A stretch of DNA of 64,000 bases. Origin: an uncultured Bacteroidales bacterium. GTDB taxonomy: Bacteria; Bacteroidota; Bacteroidia; Bacteroidales; VadinHA17. Both the position numbers and the translations under genes were made by a program. The number at the start of each line of letters is the position of its first letter. Position 1 is the first letter of the stretch. This document shows, in pieces, positions 1 to 8,691 of the stretch. The DNA lies in assembly GCA_963816365.1 (NCBI GenBank), contig CAWFKG010000018.1, positions 24,950 through 88,949 of the forward strand. The letters are read 5' to 3'. A model generated the notes under the pieces. It saw only the letters and a program-made list of their open reading frames with translations. It was not told where the DNA came from and ran no database searches.

Positions 1-648
1 TAAAACGGATGTTCCTGGATAGCCATCAGCTGAATTGTATTATATCCTGATTTGCTTATAACCGGGAGGACCTTTTCAGTAAATTCCGGTATGTGCCGAT
101 TTTTTCTTCCGGCGTAGGCCATCCCGATATGGGCTTCGTAAATTACCGGGGCAGGAAATGCCGAGGCAGAAATAATTGCAGCTCCAGTTATAATTTCCTT
201 CAGGTTGCCAGACCTGGGCATTGAATATTTTAGTTTTGTCATCCTGAACCACCCGGTTCGCATATGAAGGAATCCGTTCTCCGCTTCCTCCGTCCCAGTG
301 AACAGAAAGTTTATAAAGGTCTCCATGTTTTAGAGTCCCGGGTGAAAAAAATATCTCCCAGTCACCCATTGCATTGACTCTCTTCATCATGAATTCCTTC
401 TTCTCCTTCCAGTCATTAAATACTCCGATGACATAAATATTTATTGCATTTGGAGCCCATTCCCTGAAGACCCAGGAATCGTGGTCACGGTGAAGTCCAT
501 AGTAAAAATGTCCCATCGCGAAATCACAAAGAGTACCATTTCCGATCAGATGTTTTTCCTTTGCAAGGCATTTTGCATATCGTCTGTCAATTGCTTCCGT
601 AAATGGATTCAACCATGGGTCGGATTGATAGAAACTGGTTGTATTCAT
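1..648 (-). CDS. glgB: 1,4-alpha-glucan branching enzyme (GH13), N-terminal part; runs off the window start; frame broken near 165-185
   Basis: ORF 76..648 gives MNTTSFYQSDPWLNPF...FREWAPNAINIYVIGVFNDW...LSVHWDGGSGERIPSYA, the N-terminus of the ~670-aa branching-enzyme type. The expected continuation (APVIYEAHIGMAY...GYNTIQLMAIQEHPF) is readable in a different minus-strand frame from ~165 down to position 1. Confidence 0.8.
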
Positions 649-755
649 GATAATTGGGAAATAGACAAATTCTTTCTATAAAAATACGAAATCTAAATCA
701 TTTATTTGTTTCATTTCCATGGGCTTTATTAATTTTGCAGACATAATTTTGTGTT

Positions 756-1687
756 ATGATAATTCATGAAGGATATGAAAATCTTCATCTGATTTCTCCT
801 GTTGTAACTCTCGGAATTTTTGACGGAGTTCACCGGGGGCATATGGCTCTGCTCAACAGCCTTGTATCACGTGCAGAAATGGAAAAAGGTGAATCTGTAG
901 TCATTACCTTTTCACCTCATCCGCGGCTTGTGCTTGACCAGCACAATGCAAATATTTCATTTCTGACCACAATGGACGAGAAGAAAGTACTGCTACAAAA
1001 AGCAAACATTGACCATCTTGATTGTAATTGAATTCACAACAGAGTTCAGTGAGATTCCGGCCTGTGATTTCGTAAAAGATATCCTTGTTGAGAAGATAGG
1101 TACAAAGTACCTCATCATCGGTTATAATCATCATTTCGGCAGAAGAGGTGAAGGTGATTTTAATACAATTAAAAAATGTTCGGAAGAGCTTGATTTCATG
1201 GTTGAACAGGTACAGGGTTTTCATACCGAAGAGGGCGCAATAAGCTCCACATCAATTCGTGACAGCTTTGTTAAATGGGAAACTTGAGGAAGCAAACAAA
1301 TGGCTCGGATATTCTTATTCGTTAAGCGGAACAGTTATTGAAGGTAAGAAGATCGGTAAGTCAATTGGATTTCCTACAGCTAATATTGAACCCGATTCCA
1401 AATATAAATTAATACCCGGCAACGGAGTTTATGCTGTTGAGGTTAAGCTTGATGAGACTGTTTATCCGGGAATGATGAGTATAGGTTCCAATCCGACGGT
1501 AAATACAGATATCAGTTTCAGAAGTATTGAGGTGCATATTCTGAATTTTGAAAGGGATATCTATGGAAAAAGGATTTCAGTAGCATTCAGGAAAAGGCTC
1601 AGGGATGAGAAAAAATTTGATAATCTGAAACAACTGACAGAGCAAATGATTCAGGATAAGCTGGATACACTGAAAGTGCTGACCTGA
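756..1687 (+). CDS. ribF: Bifunctional riboflavin kinase / FMN adenylyltransferase; frame broken twice (~1020 and ~1260)
   Basis: Three consecutive ORFs (756..1031, 1009..1287, 1259..1687) join into one RibF: GIFDGVHRGH, IIGYNHHFGRRGEGD, then the kinase part GKKIGKSIGFPTANI...GSNPT...IEVHILNFERDIYG. Both junctions are consistent with one extra nucleotide. Confidence 0.87.
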
Positions 1688-1737
1688 AAAATTGAAATGT
1701 TTTTGTTAACTTTAACAACTCAAATATAATCTGAATT

Positions 1738-3153
1738 ATGAACGTAACACTTGATACAATGCAATACCAGGTAAAGGATATTTCACTTGCTGATTTTGGC
1801 AGAAAAGAGATTGAAATTGCTGAAAAAGAGATGCCGGGCTTACTGGCAATAAGGAAGAAATACTCTTCTGAGAAGCCTTTAAAAGGTGCACGGATTACAG
1901 GTTCGTTACATATGACAATTCAGACAGCTGTCTTAATTGAGACTCTCGCGGAACTTGGTGCAGATGTAAGATGGGCGAGCTGCAATATTTTCTCCACTCA
2001 GGATCATGCAGCTGCTGCAATTGCTGCAAGGGGAATACCGGTCTTTGCATGGAAAGGTGAAACACTTGAAGAATACTGGTGGTGCACTGCACAGGCACTC
2101 TCATTCCCCGGAGGAAAGGGCCCTAATCTTATTGTAGATGACGGAGGAGATGCCTCCCTGATGGTTCATCTGGGATATAAAGCAGAAAAAACACCCGAGA
2201 TACTTAACAGAAAACCTGAAAACAGGGAAGAAGCAATTATTCTGGCAACTCTGAAGGATATTCTTGACAAGGAACCAGGAAGATGGCACCGTACCGTAAG
2301 TGAGCTTAAGGGTATTTCGGAAGAGACCACAACCGGTGTTCACAGATTGTACCAGATGATGGAGAATGGTGAACTGCTTGTACCGGCAATTAATGTAAAT
2401 GATTCAGTCACAAAATCAAAATTCGATAACCTTTATGGATGCCGTGAATCGCTCGCCGATGGGATTAAGAGAGCAACCGACGTTATGCTTGCCGGAAAAG
2501 TGGTTGTTGTTTGTGGCTATGGTGATGTGGGAAAGGGTTGTGCCAGATCGATGAAATCATATGGATCAAGAGTAATCGTAACTGAAATTGACCCGATTTG
2601 CGCTTTACAGGCTTCAATGGAAGGTTTTGAAGTTCAGACAGTTGAAGACACACTCCATGAAGGTAATATCTTTGTAACAGCTACCGGGAACAGAGATATA
2701 ATAACACTTGATCATATGTTGAAAATGAAGGATCAGGCCATAGTGTGTAATATAGGTCATTTCGATAACGAGATTCAGGTGGATAGTCTCAACGATCTTA
2801 AAGGTGTTGTAAAAATAAATATCAAGCCACAGGTTGATAAGTATCTTTTCCCCGACGGTCATGCCATATTTATTCTTGCTGAGGGAAGACTGGTTAATCT
2901 GGGCTGTGCCACCGGTCATCCTTCATTTGTGATGAGTAACTCTTTCAGCAACCAGACACTTGCGCAGATCGATCTCTGGAAAAACAAATATGAAATAGGA
3001 GTTTACAGACTTCCGAAATACCTCGATGAAGAGGTTGCACGTCTGCACCTCGATCAGCTGGGCGTTAAACTCACAAAACTTACAAAGGAACAATCTGATT
3101 ATATTGGTGTCCCGGCCAATGGTCCTTACAAACCGGATCATTACAGATACTAG
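1738..3153 (+). CDS. ahcY: Adenosylhomocysteinase
   Basis: Intact 471-aa ORF. It carries the hallmark SAH hydrolase motifs ([60 protein letters not shown]) and the C-terminal [10 protein letters not shown]. Confidence 0.96.
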   Translation: MNVTLDTMQYQVKDISLADFGRKEIEIAEKEMPGLLAIRKKYSSEKPLKGARITGSLHMTIQTAVLIETLAELGADVRWASCNIFSTQDHAAAAIAARGIPVFAWKGETLEEYWWCTAQALSFPGGKGPNLIVDDGGDASLMVHLGYKAEKTPEILNRKPENREEAIILATLKDILDKEPGRWHRTVSELKGISEETTTGVHRLYQMMENGELLVPAINVNDSVTKSKFDNLYGCRESLADGIKRATDVMLAGKVVVVCGYGDVGKGCARSMKSYGSRVIVTEIDPICALQASMEGFEVQTVEDTLHEGNIFVTATGNRDIITLDHMLKMKDQAIVCNIGHFDNEIQVDSLNDLKGVVKINIKPQVDKYLFPDGHAIFILAEGRLVNLGCATGHPSFVMSNSFSNQTLAQIDLWKNKYEIGVYRLPKYLDEEVARLHLDQLGVKLTKLTKEQSDYIGVPANGPYKPDHYRY

Positions 3154-3180
3154 ATTTTGAAAACCATTAACCAGTTGTCT

Positions 3181-3657
3181 TTAATTCCACACGGTAACAT
3201 AGTTTTCCTGGATTCTCGTTTTGTAGTTTTTCAGAGGATATCTCCCGACACCGGAGGCGGGAGTACCACCTACAGTAAGTCCATATTTAGTTCCGCATTT
3301 CGGACATACTGCAATTGTCGAATTTCCCGGATCAATATTTACCTTAATGCTCAGACTATTAACTACATAATCGTGTGGGCAGGTACGGTCGTAAGCATAA
3401 AATTCATCTACTCCGAAGCATATTATAATGCCATTGCCATCAAACCCTGCAGCGGCCAGCCCCCAGTTATTTGTATGTGAATCGACAGTTACTGAGCCTC
3501 CAAATCCGCTAAGGTTTACAAATTCCGGATCATTAAGATCGAGTGTGAAATTCACATAGGTATCGGGGATCACATCATTCTTCTTATTACACGAACTTAA
3601 GATGATGACAAGTGATGCTGTGATTAAAAAAAATCTTATTTTTGAAAATAAAGCCAT
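3181..3657 (-). CDS. Hypothetical lipoprotein (signal peptide plus lipobox LSSC)
   Basis: 158-aa ORF. The N-terminal hydrophobic segment ends in SSC. The Cys/His pattern CPHD...CPKCG is loosely Rieske-like but not canonical. I do not recognise the family. Confidence 0.5.
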   Translation of the reverse strand: MALFSKIRFFLITASLVIILSSCNKKNDVIPDTYVNFTLDLNDPEFVNLSGFGGSVTVDSHTNNWGLAAAGFDGNGIIICFGVDEFYAYDRTCPHDYVVNSLSIKVNIDPGNSTIAVCPKCGTKYGLTVGGTPASGVGRYPLKNYKTRIQENYVTVWN

Positions 3658-3739
3658 CCGGGATTATTTTATTGTGCAAAATTACCAATACTACCGGGAA
3701 TTTAACGGGATTGATAATTTTTTATTGTAATATCTGAAA

Positions 3740-4120
3740 ATGAATAATTTATCTCTGAAGAACGTTTTTCTTGTTATCCTTCTGTTAACATTAACGATCA
3801 GATCAGGCGATGCCCAGATATTCCAGAGGAATCCTGATAAACAGTTGTTCGGTAAAACACCCGGCATTAAGAAAGAGTCAAAAGTCAAAGGACCCAGGTC
3901 TGCTCTAAAAGCAAAAAGGAAACAGGAGGCCAATGACCGTAGACTCGAAAAGAATTATGAAAAAGCTATTAAACGATCCCAAAAAAGAACTATAGAAATA
4001 CAATCTCCTGAAGTAAAGGCACGTATGAAGCAAAATAAAAAAGATTTTTCAAAACGCGACAGGCAGAAATCGAAAAAAATTAGGGCGAGTACAAAAGGTG
4101 CTGGTAAAAAATATAAGTAA
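3740..4120 (+). CDS. Hypothetical secreted, highly basic (Lys/Arg-rich) small protein
   Basis: 126-aa ORF with an N-terminal signal-like segment (VFLVILLLTLTIRSGDA), then a K/R/E-rich low-complexity sequence. A hairpin plus T-run follows it. The coding status rests only on ORF length and context. Confidence 0.45.
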   Translation: MNNLSLKNVFLVILLLTLTIRSGDAQIFQRNPDKQLFGKTPGIKKESKVKGPRSALKAKRKQEANDRRLEKNYEKAIKRSQKRTIEIQSPEVKARMKQNKKDFSKRDRQKSKKIRASTKGAGKKYK

Positions 4121-4142
4121 TAATTCGGTTTGAAGACAAATA

Positions 4143-4176
4143 CTTGTGAAACACCTGCTCACAAGATTTTTATTTG
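4143..4176 (+). terminator. Intrinsic terminator candidate after the 3740..4120 ORF
   Basis: 7-bp stem CTTGTGA (4143-4149) / TCACAAG (4159-4165) with a 9-nt loop, followed by ATTTTTATTTG. Confidence 0.5.
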
Positions 4177-4204
4177 TAAATTATCAAAAATATTTATATA
4201 TTTG
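4173..4204 (+). promoter_or_regulatory. Bacteroidota-type promoter candidate for greA (-33 TTTG, -7 TATATTTG)
   Basis: TTTG at 4173-4176 and TATATTTG at 4197-4204 match TAnnTTTG. They are separated by 20 nt and lie about 60 nt upstream of the greA ATG. Confidence 0.4.
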
Positions 4205-4213
4205 TTGTTGAAG

Positions 4214-4247
4214 AGTTCCGGCGACCCCGGAATTCTTCCTTTTTTTT
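4214..4247 (+). terminator. Terminator-like hairpin plus U-tract inside the predicted greA leader
   Basis: 8-bp stem AGTTCCGG (4214-4221) / CCGGAATT (4227-4234, one G-U pair) with loop CGACC, followed by CTTCCTTTTTTTT (T8 at 4240-4247). The greA ATG is at 4264. Confidence 0.45.
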
Positions 4248-4263
4248 AATATAATAGAGAAAG

Positions 4264-4737
4264 ATGTCAGAGGTTATATATGTGACTTTAGAAGGTCTTC
4301 AGAAACTGAAAGAGGAGCTCGACCAATTGAGAAATGTTGAGAGACCTTCAATCTCCAGGCAGATAGCTGATGCACGGGATAAGGGCGATCTTTCTGAAAA
4401 TGCTGAGTATGCTGCAGCTAAAGAAGCACAGGGTATGCTCGAGTTAAGGATTTCTAAGCTTGAGGATATCGTTGCCCGCTCAAGAATTCTTGATGAGTCT
4501 AAAATTGAAACCTCATCTGTGAGATTACTTAACAGGGTTAAAATCAGGAACAAGACAAATAATTCGGTAATGGAATACCTGATTGTACCTGAAAGTGAAG
4601 CAAATTTTAAGCTGGGTAAGATTGCAGTGAGCTCTCCGATAGCCCAGGGCCTTATTGGGAAAAAAGTAGGTGATATAGTTCGGATAAAAGTGCCTTCAGG
4701 CACTATTCCGTTTGAAATTATTTCAATAACGATCTGA
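4264..4737 (+). CDS. greA: Transcription elongation factor GreA
   Basis: Intact 157-aa ORF with the coiled-coil N-terminus (LEGLQKLKEELDQL...IADARDKGDLSENAEYAAAKEAQ) and the C-terminal globular domain (SSPIAQGLIGKKVGD). Confidence 0.94.
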   Translation: MSEVIYVTLEGLQKLKEELDQLRNVERPSISRQIADARDKGDLSENAEYAAAKEAQGMLELRISKLEDIVARSRILDESKIETSSVRLLNRVKIRNKTNNSVMEYLIVPESEANFKLGKIAVSSPIAQGLIGKKVGDIVRIKVPSGTIPFEIISITI

Positions 4738-4758
4738 TAAATCAGTTAAAAAAATGGT

Positions 4759-5157
4759 ATGGCTACTATTTTTACTAAAATAATCAGAGGCGAGATCCCT
4801 TGCTACAGGATAGCGGAAAATAACGATTATTTTGCATTTCTCGATATCAATCCTCTGAGGGCGGGGCATACACTGGTCGTTCCCAAAGAAGAGACAGATT
4901 ATATTTTCGATCTGGAAGATGTTTATTTAACAGGAATGATTCTATTCTCGAAGAAAATTGCAGTCGCAATAAAGAGTGCGATTCCCTGCAACCGTATTGG
5001 AATAGCCATCCTCGGCCTTGAAGTGCCCCACGCTCATATTCATCTGATCCCTATGGATACCATGGAAGATATAAATTTTAAAAATCCCAAGCTCAAATTT
5101 ACCCCGGAAGAATTCATGGAGATTGCTGCCAAAATCAGCAGTAAGGTCATTCTGTAA
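4759..5157 (+). CDS. HIT family protein (histidine triad nucleotide hydrolase)
   Basis: Intact 132-aa ORF: FTKIIRGEIP..., NPLRAGHTLVVPK, and the histidine triad HAHIHLIP. Confidence 0.9.
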   Translation: MATIFTKIIRGEIPCYRIAENNDYFAFLDINPLRAGHTLVVPKEETDYIFDLEDVYLTGMILFSKKIAVAIKSAIPCNRIGIAILGLEVPHAHIHLIPMDTMEDINFKNPKLKFTPEEFMEIAAKISSKVIL

Positions 5158-5189
5158 AAGTAGTAGGGTGTCTCAAATGTTGTCTTTTT

Positions 5190-5765
5190 ACCCCCAACCC
5201 CCCATATAGGTGCGTGTAAAAACTATCTCAACCCCCCAACCCCATAGGCGTCAACCTAAGCTTTGGGAATGAATGAGATACTGCATAAAAAAGTTTCCCC
5301 TCCTTTTGAAGGAGGGGTGGTCGGGAAGATTGATTATCTTGTACATACAGAATTTTATTTCCCGACCGGGGTGGTTGATTCATTGCTTTCTTCTTACCTT
5401 TATTGGTATGAAAAACAAAAACCTCTTTAACAGGAAAAGCCTTAAATTCTTCAGATCATCACTTAGGAACAAGTCCATTTCTGCTGAGGCTGAGTTATGG
5501 AACTTTTTAAAATCAAAAAAACTTAATGCAAGAAAATTTAGAAGACAATACAGTATAGGTAACTACATAGTTGACTTTTTAATCAACCACCCCGGCCGGT
5601 ATCAGTATTCGTATCATAATTATAAAGTGGTCCGGCCACCCCTCCTTCAAAAGGAGGGGAAATGTATCAGGCTTATATCCAATTTTTTAAACTCTCTCCA
5701 TAATTTACTAAATTCAACTCCTTAGGTTGACGCCTATGCTCCCAACCCCCCATATGGGGGGCTGA
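5190..5765. repeat. Three nested inverted-repeat pairs bracketing a DUF559 remnant
   Basis: Outer pair: CATAGGCGTCAACCTAAG (5243-5260) / CTTAGGTTGACGCCTATG (5721-5738), 18/18. Middle pair: 5296-5325 / 5633-5662, about 27 nt with 2 mismatches; each arm contains the hairpin CCCCTCCTT-N3/4-AAGGAGGGG. Inner pair: CCCGACCGGGGTGGTTGATT (5361-5380) / AATCAACCACCCCGGCCGG (5581-5599). Extra CCCCCAACCCCCC heads lie at 5190-5210 and 5231-5248. Confidence 0.85.
5408..5600 (+). pseudogene. DUF559 (endonuclease-like) gene remnant; N-terminal ~58 codons only, catalytic core missing
   Basis: MKNKNLFNRKSLKFFRSSLRNKSISAEAELWNFLKSKKLNARKFRRQYSIGNYIVDF matches the N-terminal part of DUF559 proteins. It then runs directly into the repeat-derived tail LINHPGR.... 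The rest of the 150-aa ORF 5273..5725 is a translation of inverted repeats. Confidence 0.6.
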
Positions 5766-5894
5766 AAAAATCAGAATGACGAACATTTGAAATCTGAATT
5801 CAGAAATCTGATTCAGTTCTAAATTCCCTGTTCGTTTGTTCGTCATTCTTAATTCATTGATTTAAAGTGCCCCAATAAGGGGTTTTAGGGGGTT
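5739..5894. repeat. ~156-bp non-coding element with C-run/G-run hairpin termini; single-unit relative of the 57.5-58.4 kb array
   Basis: Left end CTCCCAACCCCCCATATGGGGGGCTGA. Internal perfect 13-bp inverted repeat AGAATGACGAACA (5773-5785) / TGTTCGTCATTCT (5838-5850). Right end GTGCCCCAATAAGGGGTTTTAGGGGGTTG. The end motifs recur at 57488-57517 and 58422-58460. Confidence 0.7.
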
Positions 5895-5952
5895 GATATA
5901 TTGCGGATAAGTATGATATTTCATAACTTTATGGAATAATTCATCTCGCTGC

Positions 5953-6654
5953 ATGAGTTACATATATGATTTGTGGGACGATTTCATAAGTCTTTTATTT
6001 CCACGGTTGTGCTACGCCTGTGGCAATCATCTTATGAGGAATGAATACCTTATCTGTACTGAATGTTATGTGGTTATTCCGAGAACAAATTATCATGCCA
6101 TTCAGGACAATCCGGTGGCTCAACTTTTCTGGGGCAGATGCTTGATTGAAAGGGCAGCTGCATTTTCATATTACAATAAAGGAAGCAGGATCAGAAACCT
6201 CATTCATAATCTTAAGTACAAGGGAATTAGAGAGATAGGATATGAACTTGGCAGAATTTATGGCCAGTCTTTAAAATCTTCCGGTTTCATATGCGATATT
6301 GATTTGATAATTCCTGTTCCGCTCCATCCTGTTAAAAAACGGATCCGCGGATTTAATCAGAGTGAAACTATTTCCAGGGGGATTGCAGATATAACAATGC
6401 TGCCTGTGGATGTAAATTCGCTCGCAAGAATAATGGTTTCGGCGACGCAGACAAAACGGTCACGGTATGACAGATGGACTAATGTTGAAGGTATTTTCCA
6501 GGTAATTGATCCTCAAAACATTATCGGTAAACATGTATTACTTGTGGATGATGTTATCACAACAGGTTCGACAATTGAATCATGCACAAACGAACTTCTG
6601 AAAGTTGAAGGGGTTAAGGTAAGTGTGGTTGCTCTCGCATTTGCTGTTGTATGA
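5953..6654 (+). CDS. comF: ComF family protein (phosphoribosyltransferase-like)
   Basis: Intact 233-aa ORF with N-terminal Cys pairs (CYACG...CTEC) and the C-terminal PRTase motif VLLVDDVITTGST. Confidence 0.85.
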   Translation: MSYIYDLWDDFISLLFPRLCYACGNHLMRNEYLICTECYVVIPRTNYHAIQDNPVAQLFWGRCLIERAAAFSYYNKGSRIRNLIHNLKYKGIREIGYELGRIYGQSLKSSGFICDIDLIIPVPLHPVKKRIRGFNQSETISRGIADITMLPVDVNSLARIMVSATQTKRSRYDRWTNVEGIFQVIDPQNIIGKHVLLVDDVITTGSTIESCTNELLKVEGVKVSVVALAFAVV

Positions 6655-6659
6655 GCTCT

Positions 6660-7232
6660 TTAAATCTCCTTCGTTTTAATTCTTTTTGGATTTTTATTCA
6701 TAAAATCCTTCCAGCTGTTATACGCCTTTTCCTGCATAGGCTTGTTTGTCTGATAAAAATGACAAAGTGCTGCTGCCAGGCCATCGGTAGCATCGAGTTT
6801 AATTTCGCTTAGTGAGAATTTTAGTATGTTCATCAGCATTGAGGCTACCTGCTCTTTTGAGGCAGCCCCCTGGCCGGTAATAGACATTTTGATCTTTCTT
6901 GGGGCATATTCAAAGATTGGCAATGAACGTGTAAGCGCTGCCGCTATAGCAGCACCTTGTGCCCTTCCGAGTTTTAGCATCGATTGAACATTTTTACCGT
7001 AAAAGGGAGCCTCAATTGCAAGTTCATCAGGATGATATTCATCTATGATCCCGATGGTCCTTTCAAAAATATGCTTCAGTTTAAGGTAGTGATCTTCATA
7101 CTTTGAAAGATCTATTGATCCGATTGTAATCAGCTCGGGAACGGTGCCATTTGTCTTTATAACTCCATATCCGGTAATACTTGTACCCGGATCAATACCC
7201 AGAATTATCCTCTCCTTTGGTTTAACTTTCAA
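6660..7232 (-). CDS. ruvC: Crossover junction endodeoxyribonuclease RuvC
   Basis: Intact 190-aa ORF: ILGIDPGTSITGYGVI..., ELAIEAPFYGKNVQSMLKLGRAQG..., DATDGLAAALCH. Confidence 0.94.
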   Translation of the reverse strand: MKVKPKERIILGIDPGTSITGYGVIKTNGTVPELITIGSIDLSKYEDHYLKLKHIFERTIGIIDEYHPDELAIEAPFYGKNVQSMLKLGRAQGAAIAAALTRSLPIFEYAPRKIKMSITGQGAASKEQVASMLMNILKFSLSEIKLDATDGLAAALCHFYQTNKPMQEKAYNSWKDFMNKNPKRIKTKEI

Positions 7233-7376
7233 TTTGTCTTTCAGGTTGGTAAAGATTTATTTTACCACAAAGGTACACAAAGCCCGCCCGAACGTCTGAA
7301 GATTTATCCATTAAAAATAAATTACTTTCATACAGCGGGCGGGAGAGCATAAAGAAGGATTACAATCTGCAGTAAA

Positions 7377-8686
7377 TTATTTTTTTATGATGTAGGCATT
7401 ATTATTCTTTAAGGGCATTTCAGGAAACATAGCTCCTGCTGAAGGTCGTTTTACCATTAATTCTTTTGATGAAACATTTCCATGCTCAAGATAATAGATA
7501 GATTCCTTCAGGCATGCCTCATTTCTGTCGCTCCAGTCATGCGTAATATCGTCAGGAACGTATTTGGCAGGTGCAAAACCTTTATAAAAATCACCCTGTC
7601 CTGCAGAGTTAACCAGGGAGAAGGTTATCGGCCAGAACAAATAGTAAGGCTGATTATTGGGATAAGCAAATCCTACCATTCCAACTGGTTTTCCATTTGT
7701 TGTATCACCGATGGTTTTCACATCGATACCTGGCTTTAATCCATTAATAAAATCTTCACTTGCAGAGGCTGTTCCTCTGGTTGTAATGACAACCAATCTT
7801 GATATATTGACAGGAGCCGGTACTGTAACGAAATTAAAAGACTGGTTGGAAGATGTATTTTTGTCGTTAAAAGTCAGGATAAAAAAGTAGTATTAAATTT
7901 TGAACTACCGGCCACATAACTTGCCATATTTGTGAGTACATTTAGATCGCCTCCTCCGTTATATCTTAAATCTACAATCAGGTCCTTAATATTATTCTGG
8001 CTGAAATATGTAAAAGCACTCTGCAATTCCTGTATTGACGGGGGAATAAACTCGTCAAATACAAGATGGCCGGTAATTCCTGATTTCAGATGCAGGGTAT
8101 CCGCAAGGATGACCGTATTCAGTGTAAAGGAAGCCTTCGTTGATGTTATTGTAGAATCTTTACCTGCTGGTGTCTGAAAAAGGAAGGTATTTGTTACAGA
8201 TGTGGAAGAAGCCCCAATAAGTTGATTATAGGCCGTGGCATTATTTGCAATAAATATCGGCGCCAGATCAGTGTTATTAAGCTTTTTCACTATCCATCCC
8301 CTTCGTACACCTAAGCTGTATAAAGGAGAATCATGGTAAATCTGTGCAATTCTTACCTGGTTGGAGGGATCAAGACCCATGCTGATCCCATGTCCAACAA
8401 AGCTTCCTGTATTCTGAGCCAGATATTGGTTATAAGTTTCAACAAAACTCCATCTGTCGAGAGTTTTATATTCCATTGCATCTAAAAGCGTATAAGGATC
8501 CTTGTAATCAGTTTCAACTACATTACGGCATAAGTTTATACCAGAAATAGTATTGATTCATGACAGAATAAAGAGTATCCCTGGCTTGTTCATCTACCGT
8601 TAGTTGATGTGGCGGGGGAAACATCTTTTCTTACAGGAAATAAATCCAATTATTAAGAAAAAGAGGAGGAAAATGAACTTTTTCAT
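7377..8686 (-). CDS. S41 family peptidase (lipoprotein); frame broken at least 3 times
   Basis: Fragments 7874..8476 (...LVFDEF...IKDLIVDLRYNGGGDLNVL) and 7377..7796 (VVITTRGTASASEDFINGLKP...) carry the S41 motifs. The N-terminal signal/lipobox MKKFIFLLFFLIIGFISC starts at the ATG at 8686 and shifts frame within ~25 codons. Confidence 0.8.
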
Positions 8687-8691
8687 GTTAT

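Noticed and set aside
4299-4703. Long antisense shadow ORFs opposite well-supported genes (this one opposite greA; also 20998..21486 opposite tatC, 26504..26932 opposite carB, 30211..30780 opposite argG, 37305..37748 opposite the ABC gene, 40095..40589 opposite the permease, and 53848..54156 opposite GH3)
   Set aside because: Each overlaps a gene with clear family motifs on the other strand. None shows a recognisable motif, and their composition is typical of antisense frames.
5273-5725. The full 150-aa ORF as an intact gene
   Set aside because: Only the central ~58 codons resemble DUF559. The N- and C-terminal parts (KKFPLLLKEGWSG..., ...RPPLLQKEGK) are translations of the two arms of the same inverted repeats.
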